Origin: Candidatus Coprovivens excrementavium
GTDB lineage: Bacteria > Bacillota_I > Bacilli_A > RF39 > UBA660
Reading direction: 5' to 3'
DNA length: 31,532 nt
Assembly (NCBI GenBank): GCA_018711445.1
Contig: DVII01000124.1
Coordinates: forward strand, 1 to 31,532
Positions 27,872 through 31,532 of the stretch are shown one piece after another. The notes beneath the pieces were generated by a model. The model worked only from the letters and a program-made list of their open reading frames with translations. It ran no database searches and was not told where the DNA came from. The position numbers were made by a program, and so were the translations under genes. Numbering within the stretch: position 1 is the first letter of the stretch; every line of letters starts with the position of its first letter.

Positions 27872-28241
27872 ATTTGCTTTTTAACTTTTCAATTTCCTCT
27901 TGCATAATAGCAATTGTTCTCTCCAACGCCTCAAAATAATCATTATCATTTTTATAATGTGAAAATGATGAAGGACTCGAATATAAAGGTGGATTTCCCA
28001 TATATGGACTTCCACCATTTTTAGCTTGTTGACTATTAATATTAATGGTATTACCTTTTATTCGTTCTTCAACAACCTCTTGCCATGAACCGCAATTCTC
28101 TAAAGTTTGGCCAATAGTCATAAACCAATTTCCAATTGCATATTGCTCATTAGCTGTAAAATTATCAGTTAATGCCAAACCTATTATTACTGCGCTTATT
28201 GTATAAAGTTTTGGATCGTAACTTGGTGGAAATCTATTCAT
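27870..28241 (-). CDS. Hypothetical protein (N-terminal helical hairpin, possibly DUF6774-like; C-terminal short coiled coil)
   Basis: 123-aa ORF filling the intergenic gap, AGAGGA RBS; family resemblance is from memory only. Confidence 0.7.
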   Translation of the reverse strand: MNRFPPSYDPKLYTISAVIIGLALTDNFTANEQYAIGNWFMTIGQTLENCGSWQEVVEERIKGNTININSQQAKNGGSPYMGNPPLYSSPSSFSHYKNDNDYFEALERTIAIMQEEIEKLKSK

Positions 28242-28305
28242 AATAATATCATCCTCTTAAAATTATATTTTACAAAAATATTTTTTATATCTAAAAATTG
28301 TTTTA

Positions 28306-28334
28306 TTGAAAATAAGTAAGCTTTATGATATGAT
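28306..28334 (+). promoter_or_regulatory. Sigma-A promoter for the coiled-coil protein operon
   Basis: TTGAAA-17 bp-TATGAT with TG extension. Confidence 0.65.
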
Positions 28335-28365
28335 TAATTTAGACTAGAATAAAGGGTGTGTAAAT

Positions 28366-30564
28366 ATGGACGATAAATTAAAAGTATTTTGGAATTTAGA
28401 TGTATTAGTAAAAATGTCACGCTCTAAAAGTGATGGTCCATCTTTACGTGTCGAAGAAGAAGAAATAGAAACAAAATTAAAAAATTATAACCAAGAAATA
28501 GACGAAATAAACTCTATTTCCGAAGAAGAAATCTATGATACTAGTGCTGAAATGGCTGATCGTAATATTGAAATTATAACAAAAAAACAACTTCAAGCTT
28601 TAAGAAGTGAATTAAAAGAGAAAAATAAAGAATTAATCAAATTAAAAGAAGAAGAAGAGTTATTATATAACCAAAATACTCTGTTAAGAGATAACAAAAA
28701 CAGCCAAGAAAAATACATGCTTAGTATGGAAGATCGAATAGGAGAGACAACTGATAGTGATATAATAGCCCGCTATAATACTCTTATATCCGAAACATCA
28801 CAATATATAGAAAATTTAGATAAAGAATTAAAAAGTCAAAATACAAACTACGAAGATATTCAAAGTCAAATAATAGAGCACACCGAAATAATAAAAAATC
28901 TTGAAGAAAAAATCGATAAAAAGAAAAAAATATTAGCTGAAACTCAAGCATCTTTAGAAAATCGTGATAACTATATTGATAAAAGTAAAAAAGAAAAAAA
29001 TAATAAACGTATTGTCGACTTAGAAAATAAAAAGAAAGTCTTAACTAGCCGTCTAGAAGAAATTAGAAATGATCCTAAATATTTGGAATCTAAAATTAAA
29101 GAAATAATTAATAATAAAGAAGATTTATCAAAAACTCGTCCATATTTGATTAATCTTCTAAATCAAGTTATTAGAATTCCTTATATTAACGTTCCGACTA
29201 ACAACGCTCTTGAAGAAGAATTACTTCGCGCAACTCAAGCACGAGATTCATTTGCCAATGAAATAGATCAAAAAACATATAATATTCTTGAAGCAAATAC
29301 CCCTGAAAAAGTTAGAACAGAATTTTTAAATGAACGCATATCTAAATGGAACGATGAACTAGAAACTTTAAAAGAAAAGATTTCCGATATTGATAAGGAT
29401 AATCAATTTGATTATAGTTCAAAAGATAAAATAATAGCTGAAATGCTTGCGACAATGAAAAATGATTATAATGAATTTCAACGTGCTTATGATGAAACAC
29501 CAGATACAAGTATTGGTGCTAAAGCTCGCTTAAAAGCATCTTTAGAAGAGAAAAAAGAAGATATAATAGAAACTGAAAAAATAGCAACGTCATTTAAAAT
29601 AGATGAAGCTGAAGATATTGAAAGCGCAACTCGAATCATTAAATACGAATGTGAAAATTTAAATAAAAAAATAAAAAATGCCGAAGAAGAAATAAATCGT
29701 TTAAAAAATCGTTTAACTTCAAAAAAATCTGGTTTAATCGATATTACTTCTAAAAATAAAGATAAAGATATTTTAAAGGAACTAGCTCAAATTGTTATAG
29801 ATATTAAACATCGTCGTCAGTTCCCAGAAGCTCCTATCGATATAATAAATCGTTTAGAAGAGTCTCTTGAATTAAATTTAATGAAAGATATTGATAGTGA
29901 AGTAATAAACGAGACCAATCAAATAATTCCTCGTGATTATGACCAATACATAAAAGAAGATTATCAAGTAATTGATTCCTTAGATGAAACTTTTATAGAT
30001 GAAGTTCCATCACCACCAAAAAGAGGAATAAAAGTTATCAACGAGGCTAAAATAACAGTTCCATCTAATTTGTTTGAAGAAATAGATGAAGCTAATTCAG
30101 ATAACGAAAATAATTCTAGTAATTCGACAAGTTCTATAGACATTACTGAATCAAATCAAATGGTAAATAAAAATAGTGAAGAAGAAAATAACGATAATTA
30201 TATTCAAGAAGAAATCACAATAAAAGAACCATCTGAACAAGAAGATTTAAGTTCTATTTCTGAATCAGAAGAAGATATTTCTCCAATAATTGAAGATACA
30301 CCATCAGAATTAGAAACAACATCTGAAGAAAATACATCTACCCAACAAGAAGAACATAATGAAACAGAAGCTATTATACCAGAAGAGTCATCTTCTGAAA
30401 AAGAAATAACATCGGAAGAGGAGAACCCATTATCACTTGACACAATTTTTAATCCTCAAAAAAAATATGAAGAACTTCAAAGTAGTAACAACCAAGTATC
30501 TACAGAGAATTTAACTCATGAACTAGACCAATATATTAATAGTCTAGACAGTAATCAAAACTAG
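28366..30564 (+). CDS. Large hypothetical coiled-coil protein with acidic low-complexity C-terminus
   Basis: 732-aa ORF; E/K/L/I heptad-rich first ~540 aa and E/S/N/T-rich tail; no signal peptide, TM segment or Walker A seen. Confidence 0.85.
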   Translation: MDDKLKVFWNLDVLVKMSRSKSDGPSLRVEEEEIETKLKNYNQEIDEINSISEEEIYDTSAEMADRNIEIITKKQLQALRSELKEKNKELIKLKEEEELLYNQNTLLRDNKNSQEKYMLSMEDRIGETTDSDIIARYNTLISETSQYIENLDKELKSQNTNYEDIQSQIIEHTEIIKNLEEKIDKKKKILAETQASLENRDNYIDKSKKEKNNKRIVDLENKKKVLTSRLEEIRNDPKYLESKIKEIINNKEDLSKTRPYLINLLNQVIRIPYINVPTNNALEEELLRATQARDSFANEIDQKTYNILEANTPEKVRTEFLNERISKWNDELETLKEKISDIDKDNQFDYSSKDKIIAEMLATMKNDYNEFQRAYDETPDTSIGAKARLKASLEEKKEDIIETEKIATSFKIDEAEDIESATRIIKYECENLNKKIKNAEEEINRLKNRLTSKKSGLIDITSKNKDKDILKELAQIVIDIKHRRQFPEAPIDIINRLEESLELNLMKDIDSEVINETNQIIPRDYDQYIKEDYQVIDSLDETFIDEVPSPPKRGIKVINEAKITVPSNLFEEIDEANSDNENNSSNSTSSIDITESNQMVNKNSEEENNDNYIQEEITIKEPSEQEDLSSISESEEDISPIIEDTPSELETTSEENTSTQQEEHNETEAIIPEESSSEKEITSEEENPLSLDTIFNPQKKYEELQSSNNQVSTENLTHELDQYINSLDSNQN

Positions 30565-30580
30565 ATAGGAGAATGAAATT

Positions 30581-30826
30581 ATGAGTCTAAAAACAAATAC
30601 AATAATTAGCTTAGAAAATAATGAAAAATATGTTGTATTAAATGAAACCATGTATGGTGGTGTAAAATATTTCCTTGTTATGGGAGTCGATGAAAATAAA
30701 GACATCATTCCTACTAATGTTGCTATTGTTGAAGAAATTATCGATGGACAGGATACGTATGTAGATCGTGTCAAAGATCCTGAATTAATAATTATATTAA
30801 CAAGAATCTTAAAATCTCAAATATAG
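30581..30826 (+). CDS. Small acidic hypothetical protein (possibly DUF1292-like)
   Basis: 81 aa, AGGAGA RBS, 16 bp after the upstream stop; beta-rich pattern with a C-terminal helix. Confidence 0.75.
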   Translation: MSLKTNTIISLENNEKYVVLNETMYGGVKYFLVMGVDENKDIIPTNVAIVEEIIDGQDTYVDRVKDPELIIILTRILKSQI

Positions 30827-30856
30827 TAGATAAATATTTATCTACTATTTTATTTT
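30823..30856 (+). terminator. Intrinsic terminator formed by a perfect 26-bp palindrome
   Basis: ATAGTAGATAAATATTTATCTACTAT (30823-30848) followed by a T-rich tract. Confidence 0.7.
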
Positions 30857-30863
30857 ATCCTAA

Positions 30864-30892
30864 TTGACTTTATCATCTTTTTATAGTAGTAT
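30864..30892 (+). promoter_or_regulatory. Putative sigma-A promoter
   Basis: TTGACT-17 bp-TAGTAT. Confidence 0.55.
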
Positions 30893-30917
30893 AACACTCA
30901 AAAAGGAGAATAGACTT

Positions 30918-31532
30918 ATGAACTTAATTACTCTTATAATTCAAATTGTATTAACAATTCCTTTAACAATAATCTTAAATATATTTCAAAACAAAGAAAA
31001 TCGTAGCATAAATTACATTCTTATACCTACGATATATATGATAATTATCGCTGCCTTAATTCCTTCAATTAAAGAGAATATCTTTTTAATTGTTGTCTTT
31101 GAAATTTTTATTAGAAACTTTTATATTACCTCGGTTGTAAGTCAAGAAAATAAAATTAGCAACACTATGTTTATCATAGAGAGTTTATTAAGTATTGCTC
31201 TAAGTCTATTCACCTATAATTACTTTATTAATCAAGTTTCATCAGTTATTCCTGATCCTACAGAGATAGCTCCATTTTTATGGTTCCTAATAATTCTATA
31301 TTTATCATCTTTATATAAGGAAATAAATAAAGAAAAGAAAACAATACATCAACAAAAAGAAATAAAGCTAAAAAAAGAGCAAATTATAATGCAATATGCT
31401 AAATTTAAAAATCGTTATTCGTCATTTATCAAAAGTAAAAACAACAATATCAACAATTTAGTTTATGCTCTTATGATTTTTAATGATTATAAAAAACCAA
31501 AGTTATATCGTAATTTAACTAGTTATTTTGGT
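30918..31532 (+). CDS. Hypothetical integral membrane protein, 3'-truncated by the window edge (missed by the ORF track)
   Basis: AGGAG RBS, ATG 30918, frame open to the window end (205 codons, MNLITLIIQIVLTIPL...); about 4-5 hydrophobic segments then a basic soluble region. Confidence 0.8.
   Translation, partial: MNLITLIIQIVLTIPLTIILNIFQNKENRSINYILIPTIYMIIIAALIPSIKENIFLIVVFEIFIRNFYITSVVSQENKISNTMFIIESLLSIALSLFTYNYFINQVSSVIPDPTEIAPFLWFLIILYLSSLYKEINKEKKTIHQQKEIKLKKEQIIMQYAKFKNRYSSFIKSKNNNINNLVYALMIFNDYKKPKLYRNLTSYFG

Noticed and set aside
28366-30564. SMC/SbcC assignment for the coiled-coil protein
   Set aside because: No Walker A, signature or Walker B motifs at either end.
1432-30774. Antisense and nested ORFs in the track (e.g. 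1432..2121, 4150..4479, 19578..19979, 30204..30443, 30544..30774)
   Set aside because: Shadows of well-supported genes, with Ser/Ile/Phe-rich antisense composition and no RBS or family motifs.
30823-30848. Perfect 26-bp palindrome as an operator or recombination site
   Set aside because: It begins at the stop codon and is followed by a T tract, so a terminator explains it sufficiently.

Overview
AT-rich, low-GC Bacillota chromosome segment using genetic code 11 (TGA is a stop). It is probably from a reduced Bacilli lineage of the RF39/Erysipelotrichales type (inference). Gene order: partial YitT-family gene; ftsE-ftsX-M23 peptidase; yvcK-whiA; a convergent Ig-like/NlpC-P60-type surface protein; TGS-domain nucleoside kinase; gap, pgk, tpiA, spo0A-like regulator and gpmI-like gene; the S10-spc-alpha ribosomal superoperon (lacking rpmD and map); four hypothetical genes. 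No tRNA, rRNA, CRISPR array or mobile element was seen. Three unexplained signals stand out. (1) A 150-bp array of Spo0A-box-like heptamers (TGTCGAW) in exact 10-bp phase upstream of yvcK-whiA. (2) A Spo0A homolog with an intact DNA-recognition helix but a degenerate receiver, inserted in the glycolytic cluster. (3) An intact gpmI ORF next to it that has lost two metal ligands and four substrate-binding residues. Motif comparisons were made by eye against canonical motifs recalled from memory; no searches were run.
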